Positions 29,371 through 40,682 are shown, numbered from the stretch's first letter. The stretch is DNA of 64,000 bases from Cyanobacteriota bacterium (GCA_046045965.1 JBJOKS010000010.1:90856-154855), one strand, 5' to 3'. Numbers and translations: made by a program. Notes: a model not told the origin generated them from the sequence alone.

Positions 29371-29460
29371 TCAGAAACTTAGGTGCTTTGACTACATCTT
29401 TAAAACTCTGCTTTGAGAATTCTTAAGAATACCCGCAGCTTTAGGTAGGTGAGAAGTTAA

Positions 29461-29502
29461 CCCAGTACCGAAGATTGATGAACGGACTGGGGCTTTTTTT
29501 TT
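29461..29502 (+). terminator. Rho-independent terminator
   Basis: CCCAGT-a-CCG...CGG-ACTGGG stem followed by a T run. Confidence 0.6.
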
Positions 29503-29508
29503 CTCACA

Positions 29509-29952
29509 TTAATGTTGATTTTCTAAACAATATTTGACAATCAAAAGACAATTTCTATTATCAGAATCACGTTCATAAACAACATGATCTGCCACGCGCC
29601 GAATCAGAAACCATCCATACCCATGATCTTGTAGAGTACCTGGCTTTGGTTCAGGTATCTGATCAGGATTAAAAGGTTTACCATAGTCCCAAATTCTGAT
29701 CTCCAGCCTGTCTACCCATAAACTCAATTCAATTTCTATATTTGTGTCTGGTGGTAAAGCTCGATGAGCATGACGAACTGCGTTAGTAAAACCTTCTGCT
29801 AATGCTAAATTGAGGCGATAGAGTTGACTTTCTGACCAGCCTCCTTGAGCTAAATATTGCAGAGAGAATTTTTCAAACCATTGTTGTACCTGGTTTTGGA
29901 GCTTAAGATCGCTCTTCACCGTCAGATGGTCTTGCTGCACTGTAGTAAGCAT
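29509..29952 (-). CDS. Anti-sigma factor / RsbW-like ATP-binding protein
   Basis: EGFTNAVRHA, DYGKPF, GYGWFLI HATPase boxes. Confidence 0.85.
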   Translation of the reverse strand: MLTTVQQDHLTVKSDLKLQNQVQQWFEKFSLQYLAQGGWSESQLYRLNLALAEGFTNAVRHAHRALPPDTNIEIELSLWVDRLEIRIWDYGKPFNPDQIPEPKPGTLQDHGYGWFLIRRVADHVVYERDSDNRNCLLIVKYCLENQH

Positions 29953-30238
29953 TGACCGTGACTTGAATATTAAGTAAGTAAAAAATGTGACTTTTTTTGG
30001 TGTTTTTAGATTTTGGAATAGTTTTTATTTTACATCCAAAACTTAAAATTATAAAAAAAATCCAGATTATGAAAATTGACACCTGTTGTTTTTCAAAAGC
30101 ATATTACCCAGAAGTATAAGCAGCTATTAGCCTGTATAATCCTTGCGGTCAGTCCAGAGACTCATAACTTCAGTATATGCTCTTGAAACTCACAGGTGTC
30201 ACAACACTTTGTGGAAAGTAAAACTAGTAGAAACTAAT

Positions 30239-30721
30239 TTAGAAAAGTCCCAAAGTCAGAGATTTGTCTAAGGGTAATGCAGCACCAATACCTAACCAGA
30301 TGGTGACTAAGGTACCAAACAAAAATACTGTTGTCGCCACTGGACGGCGGAAAGGGTTTTGAAACTTATTAATGTTCTCAATGAAGGGAACAAGAATTAG
30401 TCCCAAAGGTACGGAAGCCATTGCTAATACTCCTAACAGTTTGTTAGGAAGTGAGCGGAGAATTTGGAAAACGGGAAATAGATACCACTCTGGCAAAATT
30501 TCCAAAGGTGTTGCAAAAGGATTAGCTGGTTCACCAGTCATTGCGGGATCGAGTACAGCTAGAGCCACAATACAAGCAAACGAACCCATAATTACAATGG
30601 GAAACACATACAGCAAATCATTAGGCCAAGCTGGTTCACCATAGTAGTTGTGACCCATGCCTTTGGCGAGTTTAGCTCTTAAGATAGGATCGCTCAGATC
30701 CGGTTTTTTTTGCGTGGACAT
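30239..30721 (-). CDS. petD: Cytochrome b6f subunit IV
   Basis: [18 protein letters not shown]. Confidence 0.98.
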   Translation of the reverse strand: MSTQKKPDLSDPILRAKLAKGMGHNYYGEPAWPNDLLYVFPIVIMGSFACIVALAVLDPAMTGEPANPFATPLEILPEWYLFPVFQILRSLPNKLLGVLAMASVPLGLILVPFIENINKFQNPFRRPVATTVFLFGTLVTIWLGIGAALPLDKSLTLGLF

Positions 30722-30977
30722 TTTTAGATGTGTTCTCCTGCTTAAGTTTAGTTAAAGCATTCGTGAAAGCTATCAGCTATTTCTTGTAAGCCACAAATTT
30801 AGTATGACACTGGATTCAGCTTTGCTAGTTGAATTGTTCATAGCTTTTACAGCTTACAAATTCAGAGAATAGTGCTTGTTTTTAACTTATACGCTATTTG
30901 CCATAAGTTTAAAACAAACAACTTACATCTGGAAACTGTTTTTACCTATTCACTGAATCGCTACTGATAACTTTCGA

Positions 30978-31625
30978 TTACAAGGGTCCAGAAATACCTT
31001 GTTTGCGGATCATCAAGAAGTGGAAGAGCATGAATACCGCAATTAACCAAGGTAGTACGAAGGTGTGGGCGCTGTAGTAGCGAGTTAGTGTAGCTTGACC
31101 AACACTAGAACCACCGCGTAGTAAGTCAGAAATAAGAACACCAACTACGGGAATTGCTTCTGGTACACCACTAACGATTTTCACAGCCCAGTAACCAACT
31201 TGGTCCCAGGGTAGGGAGTAGCCAGTAACACCAAAGGAAACTGTGATTACAGCGAGGATAACACCACTTACCCAGGTCAATTCGCGGGGCTTTTTGAAAC
31301 CACCGGTGAGATAAACCCGGAAGACGTGCAGAATCATCATTAACACCATCATGCTGGCAGACCAACGGTGAATGGAGCGAATTAGCCAACCGAAGTTGAC
31401 TTCATTCATGATGTACTGTACCGAAGAATAAGCTTCAGCAACTGTAGGCTTGTAGTAGAATGTCATCGCAAATCCCGTTGCAAACTGGATCAGGAAGCAA
31501 ACTAGGGTAATTCCACCCAAGCAGTAAAAGATATTGACGTGGGGAGGGACGTACTTACTGGTTACATCTTCGGCGATCGCTTCAAGTTCTAAGCGTTCCT
31601 CAAACCAGTCATAAACGTTGGCCAT
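30978..31625 (-). CDS. petB: Cytochrome b6
   Basis: 215 aa, heme His ligands, KQGISGPL end. Confidence 0.98.
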   Translation of the reverse strand: MANVYDWFEERLELEAIAEDVTSKYVPPHVNIFYCLGGITLVCFLIQFATGFAMTFYYKPTVAEAYSSVQYIMNEVNFGWLIRSIHRWSASMMVLMMILHVFRVYLTGGFKKPRELTWVSGVILAVITVSFGVTGYSLPWDQVGYWAVKIVSGVPEAIPVVGVLISDLLRGGSSVGQATLTRYYSAHTFVLPWLIAVFMLFHFLMIRKQGISGPL

Positions 31626-31975
31626 ACAATCTCAAGTTCCTAAAAATTGTTTGCGGTTGATAAATCTCCCAATACACATTTTGGGATTTTCACAAAGAGT
31701 AGCTTTGTTGCAGAATTGTTAAGATCTTTAGAAACTTAACACTCTGTAAATATCGAATATATTGCGATCTCTTTGCAAGCCAACGCTGAAAATGTTGGTT
31801 CCAAAGTAGATTTTATCGTTTTTGGGGAGGGATATGCACAGCAGTCGTTGATTAACAAATTGATGAGAGCAATGCACCTCTTCTATAAAAAAAGTAACAT
31901 AATCGAGAGATATATTTCATCAAAAACGTCGCAACTGGACATTGATAGGTAATTTGGGTGAAGATACAAGGGAAG

Positions 31976-33217
31976 ATGGGCTTCATGAACAAACAGGTTT
32001 TTCGGTTCGGATTTTCGTTACTTTTGGCTTGTGGCTTGGTTTTTGGCTCCCTCATCCCACCAGCAACTGCTTTAACTCAACAGCAAAAGCTAGTTGCTGA
32101 GGTTTGGCGCATTGTTAATCGCTCTTATCTGGATGAAACATTTAATCATCAAAACTGGGCAGATGTGCGACAAAAAACACTAAAAAATCCTCTGGGAAAT
32201 GACCAAGCAGCATACAAAGCAATTCAGAGTATGCTCAAAAGCCTTGATGACCCTTTTACCCGGTTTCTAGACCCAGAGCAGTACCGCAGTTTGCAGGTTA
32301 ATACTTCTGGCGAATTGACAGGTGTGGGTTTACAAATTGCCCTCAATTCCCAAACGGGGATATTAGAGGTGATTACACCTATAGAAGGGTCGCCAGCCGA
32401 AAAAGCAGGGCTAAAACCTCGCGATCGCATCCTGAAAATTGAAGGTTTATCAGCAGAAAACCTCACTCTGGATGAGGCTGCGGCGCGAATGCGTGGACCT
32501 ATAGGTACTGTTGTTACTCTCTTAATTGGCAGAGATGGAGAAACCGACAAAGAAATTATCTTAGTGCGCGATCGCATTGAACTTAATCCTGTAGTAGCTG
32601 ACTTGCGTTTATCCCCCCAAGGAAAACCCATTGGCTATCTACGCCTCACTCAATTTAACGCTAATGCCGCAATGGAGTTAGCACACGCTATTAATACTCT
32701 AGAAGAAAAAGGCGCATCTGCCTATATTCTCGATTTGCGAAATAATCCAGGAGGGTTATTACAAGCAGGAATTGAAGTGGCTCGTCAATGGTTAGATTCT
32801 GGCACAATCGTCTACACTGTCAATCGTCAAGGCATTCAAGGCAATTTTGAAGCCTCTGGTGCCTCCATCACACAAGATCCTTTGGTGATTTTGGTCAATC
32901 AAGGAACTGCTAGTGCGAGTGAAATTCTGGCTGGTGCGCTGCAAGATAATGGACGCGCCCAGTTAGTAGGTGAAACTACCTTTGGTAAAGGACTAATTCA
33001 ATCTCTATTTGAATTATCCGATGGTTCCGGTTTAGCAGTGACCATTGCTAAATATGAAACTCCCAACCACCGAGATATTCACAAACTAGGTATTAAGCCA
33101 GACATAGTAATTACCCAAGAACCAATCACACGCGATCAAATTGGCACAGCAACCGATGGTCAATATCAAGCCGCTGTGGAATTGTTGAGCAAAAATTCTG
33201 TAGTAGCGGGTTCGTAA
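31976..33217 (+). CDS. ctpA: Carboxyl-terminal processing protease (S41)
   Basis: PDZ domain, DLRNNPGG, TASASEI, TFGKG; divergent from petB; start uncertain (31958-31985). Confidence 0.9.
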   Translation: MGFMNKQVFRFGFSLLLACGLVFGSLIPPATALTQQQKLVAEVWRIVNRSYLDETFNHQNWADVRQKTLKNPLGNDQAAYKAIQSMLKSLDDPFTRFLDPEQYRSLQVNTSGELTGVGLQIALNSQTGILEVITPIEGSPAEKAGLKPRDRILKIEGLSAENLTLDEAAARMRGPIGTVVTLLIGRDGETDKEIILVRDRIELNPVVADLRLSPQGKPIGYLRLTQFNANAAMELAHAINTLEEKGASAYILDLRNNPGGLLQAGIEVARQWLDSGTIVYTVNRQGIQGNFEASGASITQDPLVILVNQGTASASEILAGALQDNGRAQLVGETTFGKGLIQSLFELSDGSGLAVTIAKYETPNHRDIHKLGIKPDIVITQEPITRDQIGTATDGQYQAAVELLSKNSVVAGS

Positions 33218-33258
33218 GGAGGCAGGGGACGCAGGGGACGCAGGGGAGCAGGGAGAAG

Positions 33259-34035
33259 TTATTTGTATTTTTCCCAATCACTAGTCCCCAGTCCCCAGTC
33301 CCCAGTCCCCAATGCTTTGTCAATGATGCGTTTGCCTCGGAGGAAGCCGATATTAGCGCCGGGGCAAATGTATTGTAGGGTTTCTGGTGAAAAGCGATCG
33401 CGCAATACCTGAACACTTTTAAGTTGTCTAGGCCAGTGAAAAGTTTTCGGTGTGCGTAATGGCACAGGTTCACCTTGCAGGTTGGGGACTAAATGCCGTC
33501 CCGAAAATAATACTCCCCCAAATTCACGATAGTATAGACATGAAGAGCCAGGAGAATGGCCTGGTGTCCAGATAATTTGTGTGGTGTCATCAAGAGTCAA
33601 TTCTTGACCAAAGGTAGTGACAGTTAAACCAGGTAACAAATAAGCTTCTTGCTCTTGAATGATAATCTCACAATCAAGGGCTTGTTGGATTTCTGCGGCT
33701 TTGCCAATAGCACCGCGATGAGTAATAAAAAACCAACGCACACCACCGTGTGTAAGGTTATTCTCACCCAATGATTGCCCCAAATCTTGATTTATTTGTT
33801 CCAAAGCTGGGCAATCAATGAGAATATTACCTTCATTTCTTACAATAAGATAAGAAGTCCCTCCTAATGTATCCCGATTTGGTGGAAAGGCAATAATTTT
33901 ATTGATTCCCAAGCTGGTAGATACTAATCCTGTTGCTGTCGAAGTGGAAAGGATCTCTCCTACTGGCATATCTCCAGAAAGTATAGTTTGTGGCGGCTTA
34001 ATTGTATGACTTGGTTGTTGAGATAAGGGAAACAT
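33259..34035 (-). CDS. Metallo-beta-lactamase fold protein
   Basis: NILID, degenerate THRGAIG, TPGHSPGS; C-terminus is STRR-derived. Confidence 0.8.
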   Translation of the reverse strand: MFPLSQQPSHTIKPPQTILSGDMPVGEILSTSTATGLVSTSLGINKIIAFPPNRDTLGGTSYLIVRNEGNILIDCPALEQINQDLGQSLGENNLTHGGVRWFFITHRGAIGKAAEIQQALDCEIIIQEQEAYLLPGLTVTTFGQELTLDDTTQIIWTPGHSPGSSCLYYREFGGVLFSGRHLVPNLQGEPVPLRTPKTFHWPRQLKSVQVLRDRFSPETLQYICPGANIGFLRGKRIIDKALGTGDWGLGTSDWEKYK

Positions 34036-34175
34036 AAATTAAATAACCGATAAATAAACGAATAAATAGAGTTTTTACTTAAGTCCTATATTTAATAATC
34101 TACTGATTTATCAAACATTCTGACTCCTGACTCCTGACTCCTGAACTCGTGAACTCCTTAAACTCCTGAAATAAC

Positions 34176-35657
34176 ATGACATTTTGGTTTCTACTTGTAC
34201 TGGGATTAGCTACTTATCTGATAGTGCAGCGCAGCGTTGCTCATATCACCCGCACCCCAGTTTGGTTGTTATGGCTGGTATTAATGACACCAGCATTTAT
34301 CTTGACCGGTTGGACGCTAATCTATGGTGCAGAACAATCACCCCCACCAGGGTTGATTATTTGGCCTTTGGTTATCAGTCTTCTGTTATACTGGATATTA
34401 TTTCTGTCGGGGTATCGAGTTCCAGAAAATACTCAGACTCCAACCCTAGCGACAGGATCACAATCAGCAAATAATCCTACCGCAGAACCATTACCAGTGC
34501 GTCCTATTGAACCAGCAGAAGAAACTAATCTGCGAAATTGTTTCCCTTGGTCTGTATACTATATTCAAAACATTGAGTATAGACCCCAAGCGGTGGTTTG
34601 TCGTGGTCAGTTACGAACCACAGCTAATCAAGCTTATCAGCAAATTAAAACCAATATTGAAGGGCAATTTGGCGATCGCTTTCTGTTAATCTTCCAAGAA
34701 GGTATGGATGGTAAACCCTTCTTTGTCCTTGTTCCCAATACTCAAGCTGCTAGACAAAATACAAAAAACCGCAATTTAGAAAATTTCACTCAAGCAGCAA
34801 CAGCACTGGGATTGTTGTTAATGACTTTAATCACCACTACCTTAATAGGTTCGCAAATTGCGGGAATAGAACCCACGAAACTCAAAGCTGACTTCTCGCT
34901 CATTTTCAATGGTTTACCCTATGCTTTAGGGTTAATTACAATTTTGGGTATCCATGAACTTGGTCACTATTTTACAGCACGATTCCATAAAATTCGCTCA
35001 ACCTTGCCTTATTTTATCCCTGTACCTTTTTTCCTGGGAACTTTTGGTGCATTTATTCAAATGCGTAGTCCAATTCCCAACCGCAAAGCTTTATTTGATG
35101 TTAGTATAGCCGGACCAATTGCCGGTTTCATTGCCACTTTACCCTTACTTTTTTGGGGTTTAGCTCATTCGGAAGTAGTACCATTAAGTGACAAAACAGG
35201 ACTGTTAAACCCCAATGCTCTTAATCCCAAATATTCTATTTTATTAGCGTTAATCTCGAAATTAGCTTTGGGAAGTGAACTAACAGCAAAATCTGCTTTA
35301 GATTTACATCCTATTGCAGTCGCTGGATTTTTAGGTCTAATTGTGACAGCATTAAATTTAATGCCCGTAGGACAATTAGATGGGGGTCATATTGTCCATG
35401 CTATGTTTGGACAACGCACCGCAGTTGTGATTGGCCAAATTGCTAGGTTGTTGTTACTCATACTTTCTTTTGTGCGGCAGGAATTTTTATTGTGGGCAAT
35501 TCTATTATTATTTATTCCCTTAATTGATGAACCTGCGCTTAACGATGTTACCGAACTAGACAACAAACGCGATGTTTTAGGGTTACTGGCAATAGCTTTA
35601 TTATTGTTAATTGTACTGCCACTTCCTGAATTTTTAGCTCGTGTATTGCAGATTTAA
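34176..35657 (+). CDS. Site-2 protease (M50 family)
   Basis: HELGH, AGP, NLMPVGQLDGGH. Confidence 0.92.
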   Translation: MTFWFLLVLGLATYLIVQRSVAHITRTPVWLLWLVLMTPAFILTGWTLIYGAEQSPPPGLIIWPLVISLLLYWILFLSGYRVPENTQTPTLATGSQSANNPTAEPLPVRPIEPAEETNLRNCFPWSVYYIQNIEYRPQAVVCRGQLRTTANQAYQQIKTNIEGQFGDRFLLIFQEGMDGKPFFVLVPNTQAARQNTKNRNLENFTQAATALGLLLMTLITTTLIGSQIAGIEPTKLKADFSLIFNGLPYALGLITILGIHELGHYFTARFHKIRSTLPYFIPVPFFLGTFGAFIQMRSPIPNRKALFDVSIAGPIAGFIATLPLLFWGLAHSEVVPLSDKTGLLNPNALNPKYSILLALISKLALGSELTAKSALDLHPIAVAGFLGLIVTALNLMPVGQLDGGHIVHAMFGQRTAVVIGQIARLLLLILSFVRQEFLLWAILLLFIPLIDEPALNDVTELDNKRDVLGLLAIALLLLIVLPLPEFLARVLQI

Positions 35658-35742
35658 AATGTGACAGGTGACAGAAAATAGCTTCATGCTTAGAGCAAGA
35701 GATAAATTTTCTGAATGCAAATTTTAGGAGGATAAAATCTCA

Positions 35743-36264
35743 ATGACACAGGAATTAATAGACCTCAGAAATAGTATTTTAGAGAAGCGTTATGCTGATG
35801 CTTTAGCTATTGTAGATGAGTTAGAGGGGATGAGTAAAAAGGCAATTTTAAGACAAATTAAGTCTTTTTTAAAGGTTTTATTAATCCATTTAATTAAGAA
35901 TCAAATTGAGAAGCAGTTAACAAATTCTTGGGCTACTTCTATTAGGAATGCCATCAGAGAAGTCCAAGAAATCAATATTAAGGAAAATAAAAAATCTTAC
36001 TACATCAATCAAGATGAATGGAATAATTTGATAGAAGAGGAAGTAATTGAGGATGCTATTGCTGATGCTAGTGAGGAAGTAATGAATGGTAAATATTCAC
36101 GATCACAACTATCATTAATTGTAGATAAAGATGAAATTTTAAATATAGCAAATAGTTTTCTATTTTTAACTTATGTTCATAAACCAAAAGAATTACCAGC
36201 AATGATGGATGATTATTTAGCTCGATTAGCTGGTGGTAAAGATTGGATAAATAGGAAAAGTTAA
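35743..36264 (+). CDS. DUF29 family protein
   Basis: ELEGMSK...LLIHLIK...SW..SI pattern. Confidence 0.75.
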   Translation: MTQELIDLRNSILEKRYADALAIVDELEGMSKKAILRQIKSFLKVLLIHLIKNQIEKQLTNSWATSIRNAIREVQEINIKENKKSYYINQDEWNNLIEEEVIEDAIADASEEVMNGKYSRSQLSLIVDKDEILNIANSFLFLTYVHKPKELPAMMDDYLARLAGGKDWINRKS

Positions 36265-36334
36265 GGAATGGATATCGCCAAAAACTCGGTATCCCTAAAT
36301 CCTTCTTCTCTATTCGTAATCCCGCAACAAATGG

Positions 36335-36363
36335 GTAAGGGTTTAGCAATGCTAAACCCCTAC
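36335..36363. repeat. GTAG-type REP-like hairpin
   Basis: GTAAGGGTTTAGCAATGCTAAACCCCTAC; related copy at 54046-54067. Confidence 0.65.
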
Positions 36364-36382
36364 TGTGTCAATCAAAAACGTG

Positions 36383-36958
36383 TTAACCTGCGGGTGCATT
36401 AACTTGATTAGCTGCTTCCATAGCTTTTGTAGATGCAGCAGTGCTACCCATACGAATCTCAGAAGTGAAAGAAGCCATACTAAAGCCACCAAACCGCTTG
36501 AGTACACTTACCCGCATCCGTAAATTGGGACTAGCAAACCATAGTCTTTCCTCAGACCACATAGTTTCATACTCAGTAATCAGAGTTAAAGCACCATCAT
36601 CACCAATTTTGTAGGTTCCTGCTACGGGTGCTTTTTCTGCATAACCCATTTCTCGCAGTAACTTACCTTCACCGGGTTTATCTGCATCAGGTACGGTAAC
36701 TAAAACGGTAGAACCTTCGTGTTTTTCCTCATCCCATTCCATTGTCCCCTTCCAGGTAACTCTCGCACCACAGGAAGCTGTACTAGGATGAACTTCATAC
36801 TGTTCACACAGTTTGATCACTTCTGGATGATCTGCGGCCAGCGACTCAATCACAATGTCTGATTTACCATCTTCTGCTTGCTTAAAGGCCAAATGGTGAC
36901 TTGTCCGATGAGAAAACCATTTCCCAGCACTTAACTCAAAAAATTCTTCAATATTCAT
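36383..36958 (-). CDS. cpcS: Phycobiliprotein lyase CpcS/CpeS
   Basis: [46 protein letters not shown]. Confidence 0.9.
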   Translation of the reverse strand: MNIEEFFELSAGKWFSHRTSHHLAFKQAEDGKSDIVIESLAADHPEVIKLCEQYEVHPSTASCGARVTWKGTMEWDEEKHEGSTVLVTVPDADKPGEGKLLREMGYAEKAPVAGTYKIGDDGALTLITEYETMWSEERLWFASPNLRMRVSVLKRFGGFSMASFTSEIRMGSTAASTKAMEAANQVNAPAG

Positions 36959-37154
36959 GAATCAAACTATCCTGGTGCAAAATACAAAGCAAGTAAGGAG
37001 TCAGGAGTCAGGAGTCAGGAGTCAGAATGTTTAAGAAATTTGTTGGTTATCAAATAGGCATTTTGGGGGTAAGCCTGAAAAAGCTGACTGCTGACGACTG
37101 ATAGCTGAATGCTTACCACTTATATTATTAATTAAGTTACACAGCAAGCGTGAC

Positions 37155-37835
37155 CTAAAGTTGATTTTCTATTTCTTCTAGTCTTTTGAGAGAAATTGTT
37201 GCAGCTTCAGCAACGTGAGGATGACTATCTTTTTCTAAGTATTTCAAAGCTGAGACGCTTTTGGGAGTGGGCAAATTACCCAAAGCTTCTGCTAGACGTT
37301 GACGTACTAACCAATCTTCGGCTTGAGCAAAACGCAGAATATGATCTACAGATTCAATAGATTTAATTTCTCCCAAAGCCGAAATAGCAGCTTGTTGAAT
37401 TACGACTTCTTTGCTATCCAGTGCTTGAATCAGAATATCATAAGCGCGGGAATCTTTAATATTACCTAACGCCACAGCAGCACTAAATCTCACTAACCAA
37501 TCTGTATCTTCATAAAATGCCCGTGAGAGTGCTTCCACTGCTCTATTATCACCCAAATATCCTAAAGCACCGGCAGCATCAGCGCGGATACCATAATCTG
37601 GGTCAGTTTCCAAAATTCGCACCAGGATAGGATAACATTCTGGAGTTTGCTTGATACCGAGAGCAAATACTGCCATTGAGCGCAGTTGCAGAGATTCATC
37701 ATCTAAGACCTTTTTAATCAAAGGTACAGCATCTTCTGAGGGGATATCGCGGAGGTTAGCAAGAGCTACCATGCGATCGCGCAAATTTGGACTTTCTAAC
37801 TGGGTAGAAATTATGTCTAAGCTGGGAGCAGTCAT
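37155..37835 (-). CDS. nblB: HEAT-repeat PBS lyase-like protein (NblB-like)
   Basis: Repeated HEAT units (DYGIRADAAGALG, DWLVRFSAAVALG) upstream of cpcS. Confidence 0.7.
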   Translation of the reverse strand: MTAPSLDIISTQLESPNLRDRMVALANLRDIPSEDAVPLIKKVLDDESLQLRSMAVFALGIKQTPECYPILVRILETDPDYGIRADAAGALGYLGDNRAVEALSRAFYEDTDWLVRFSAAVALGNIKDSRAYDILIQALDSKEVVIQQAAISALGEIKSIESVDHILRFAQAEDWLVRQRLAEALGNLPTPKSVSALKYLEKDSHPHVAEAATISLKRLEEIENQL

Positions 37836-38037
37836 TTATATTAAATCACTTTCTTTACTTATCTTTACTTTAACTTAATTGATTGTATCTACCTGAAGTC
37901 TCATGTTGCTGCACACAAATAGCAGTCAAATGTCAGATGGAAACTGTATCTCAGGAGTGACGAGAAGACTGAAGGTGAAACGTAGGGTTAAAAGGTATGA
38001 CTGTTTGGTACAGAGTCAAACCTTCAGGAGAATAACA

Positions 38038-38589
38038 ATGGTTCAACTGAGCGAACGTCCTGGTGTTAAAAAAATCTCCAGCTTGCAAGATAAATTCATC
38101 TACGAAGTTGGTGTCATGTACGATGCTGAAAATCGCTTTTTAGAAGCACAGCAGATGATCTGGCAATGTTGTCAAAACAACCAATTGAAGTCTTTAATTG
38201 AGACACACATCCGCGAAACCGAGCAGCAAATTAGAAATCTAGAGCAGGTTTTCACCACTCTGGGACAACAACCACAACGAATTACTTGTGATGCTGCTGC
38301 TGGTGTGATCAGTGATGGTCAAAAATTCATGCTTTTGGCTGCTGAAAGTCAGAAAATTCTCGAACAGGGAATTGCAGGTGGACAGTTAGCAGTGGAACAT
38401 TTGGAAATTGCTTGTTATCGCTGTTTGATCAAAGGTGCTGAACAGATGGGACAAAACCAAGTGGTGCAGTTGCTACAACAAAACTTGCAGCAAGAAGAAC
38501 AAACAGCGCAAAAACTAGAGCAGTTACTACCACAGTTACTTCAACAAGCTCAGTCTGGTGACGGAAAGACTACTGCTAAATCTCGCTAG
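38038..38589 (+). CDS. Ferritin-like DUF892/YciF family stress protein
   Basis: YDAE, HIRETEQQIRNLEQVF, VEHLEIACY, LQQEEQTA; RBS AGGAG before ATG 38038. Confidence 0.85.
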   Translation: MVQLSERPGVKKISSLQDKFIYEVGVMYDAENRFLEAQQMIWQCCQNNQLKSLIETHIRETEQQIRNLEQVFTTLGQQPQRITCDAAAGVISDGQKFMLLAAESQKILEQGIAGGQLAVEHLEIACYRCLIKGAEQMGQNQVVQLLQQNLQQEEQTAQKLEQLLPQLLQQAQSGDGKTTAKSR

Positions 38590-38622
38590 TTTACAGCGGA
38601 TAACATTAGCATCAAATCCATT

Positions 38623-38650
38623 GTAGAGACGTTGCAGGTAACGTCTCTAT
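38623..38650. repeat. GTAG-type REP-like hairpin
   Basis: GTAGAGACGTTGCAGGTAACGTCTCTAT. Confidence 0.6.
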
Positions 38651-38700
38651 TTTTTTAAGTGATAAAATTGCCAACAAAATTGATCTGCAATAGTTTCCTT

Positions 38701-39438
38701 CTACAAACTAGGTGGCAACATCACAGTATCAATTTCATGAATAACACCATTGGGGGCTTGAATATCTGCCTGAGTTACCTTAGCATCATTTACAGATACA
38801 CCCGTCTTAGGATCGATTTTAACAGTAATTGGATCACCTTGTAGACTGGTGACTTTACCAGTTTTCAAATCCCTGGACAGAACTTTACCTTTGACTACGT
38901 GATAGGTTAAAATCTCCACTAAAACTTCTTTGTTTTCTGGTTTTAACAAATCTTGCAAAGCATCTTGTGGTAGCTCTTTAAAAGCTGCATCAGTGGGAGC
39001 AAAAACAGTAAAAAACTCTTCTCCTTGTAACACTGCTGTTAGTCCAGCAGCTTCTAAAGCTTTGAGGAGAATTGTAAAAGAACCTGCTTTTTCAGCTACT
39101 TCGATCACATTTTTGCTTTCTGTGGTCTGGGTTGGTTTTGTATTGGTATCAACAGCAGGTATTTGACTTCCTGGTTTGTCTCTCGTTGATGGGGGTGTGA
39201 CAGGTGGAGTTTCACTAGGAACAGTACGACCCCTATAGAGCGGTTCGTTAAAAATACTTGGCCTGGGATTGAGAACTCCACCGCCGCTGGACTGCGCTAT
39301 CTGTGCTTTACTTTTAATATTGGCATGATGATTTTGGACTGCTTCTGCTCCCGATGGTAAAGTCATCAGGAGACTAACCCCGGTTACTCCCAGTATGCCA
39401 GCGATGTTGGTCAATAATTTGCTGTAATTAACCTTCAT
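38701..39438 (-). CDS. Fasciclin (FAS1) domain protein
   Basis: Signal peptide, FTVFAPTDAAF, LTYHVV, NGVIHEIDTV. Confidence 0.92.
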   Translation of the reverse strand: MKVNYSKLLTNIAGILGVTGVSLLMTLPSGAEAVQNHHANIKSKAQIAQSSGGGVLNPRPSIFNEPLYRGRTVPSETPPVTPPSTRDKPGSQIPAVDTNTKPTQTTESKNVIEVAEKAGSFTILLKALEAAGLTAVLQGEEFFTVFAPTDAAFKELPQDALQDLLKPENKEVLVEILTYHVVKGKVLSRDLKTGKVTSLQGDPITVKIDPKTGVSVNDAKVTQADIQAPNGVIHEIDTVMLPPSL

Positions 39439-39690
39439 AAATTTTGTTTGTTTTCATTTTTGACAAGCTACATAAAAACTTATAACATTTCCTACTCCCT
39501 AAAATCTAACTACTTTCTTCCCATTAAAAGATTGCTAATGTTCTTCCTTTGCGCTTTTTGCGTTCTTTGCGGTTAGTTCACCAAAAAAATTCTGTCATCT
39601 CACACCGGGACTGTAGTCAGACTTTAATTTCCGTTTTTGGCAAAAATTAGACCCATCTGTTAATATCAACTTTAACACTTTGTACCAATA

Positions 39691-39817
39691 TATAGTGTCC
39701 GATTTGATTTATGAATTTTTCGTGGAGGTAGGGAACAGGGAACTCTTAACAGGGAACAGGTAAGAAGAATTTCCGTGTGTACTGAGGTTTGTTCCATAAT
39801 CAAATAGGAGTCCTATA
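39691..39817. mobile_element. MITE-like element, same end family as 26544-26656
   Basis: TATAGTGTCCGATTTGATTTATGAA ... TTCCATAATCAAATAGGAGTCCTATA. Confidence 0.55.
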
Positions 39818-39887
39818 TTTCTAGAAAAGTTACCTAAACTAAATATAGAATTGTAAAATAAATAAGTTAATTAGCACCGCAGAGAAT

Positions 39888-40682
39888 ATGTTGGAATTAT
39901 ATCAGTGGGAATTATCTCAATATTCAGAAAAAGTGCGTCTATGTCTTGATTATAAAGGCTTAGAGTATCGCAAAATTGAGGTGACTCCAGGAATTGGACA
40001 AGTAGAATTGTTTCGTTTGACTGGTCAAAAACAAGTTCCAGTATTAAAGGATGGTCATAGATATATTGTAGATTCAACGGAAATCGCTAAGTATTTAGAC
40101 TCGGAATATCCAGATCGTCCACTGATACCAACGGATAAGAAAAAACGCGCTGCGGCTTTGTTGATGGAAGATTGGGCAGATGAGACAATTGGGATTAAGG
40201 GTAGAAAAGCTTTGTTTGCTGCAATTAGTCAAGATCAAAATTTTCGCAAATCTTTATTACCTGTCTCAACACCAGATATTTTGAAATCTGTGGTTGAAGG
40301 TGTACCAGGTGATTTTCTGAATGTTTTGGGTTTTGGGGTGGGTTTGACTCCTGATATCATAAATTCTGCGATCGCTAGTTTAAAACAAGATTTAGAAATT
40401 CTCACAGAATTATTAGCAGATAGTCCTTATTTGTTGGGAGATGAACCCACTATAGCTGATTTGGCAGTGGCAGGATTATCAATATTATTGAAGTTCCCCA
40501 CAGGTCCTTATTTGGATTTACCAGAATCCCTCAGAGGTAAAGGATTACCAATTTTAGCAGATAATCCCGATTATGAACCGTTTTTCACCTGGCGCGATCG
40601 CCTGTATGACCAATTTAGAAAACCCTTATCAGGTAAACCTCCCGCTTCTGGAAGCACACCAACTTCAATTCAAATTGATTAA
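39888..40682 (+). CDS. Glutathione S-transferase family protein
   Basis: SQYSEKVR, QVPVL, DSTEIAKYL, PTIADLAV. Confidence 0.9.
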   Translation: MLELYQWELSQYSEKVRLCLDYKGLEYRKIEVTPGIGQVELFRLTGQKQVPVLKDGHRYIVDSTEIAKYLDSEYPDRPLIPTDKKKRAAALLMEDWADETIGIKGRKALFAAISQDQNFRKSLLPVSTPDILKSVVEGVPGDFLNVLGFGVGLTPDIINSAIASLKQDLEILTELLADSPYLLGDEPTIADLAVAGLSILLKFPTGPYLDLPESLRGKGLPILADNPDYEPFFTWRDRLYDQFRKPLSGKPPASGSTPTSIQID

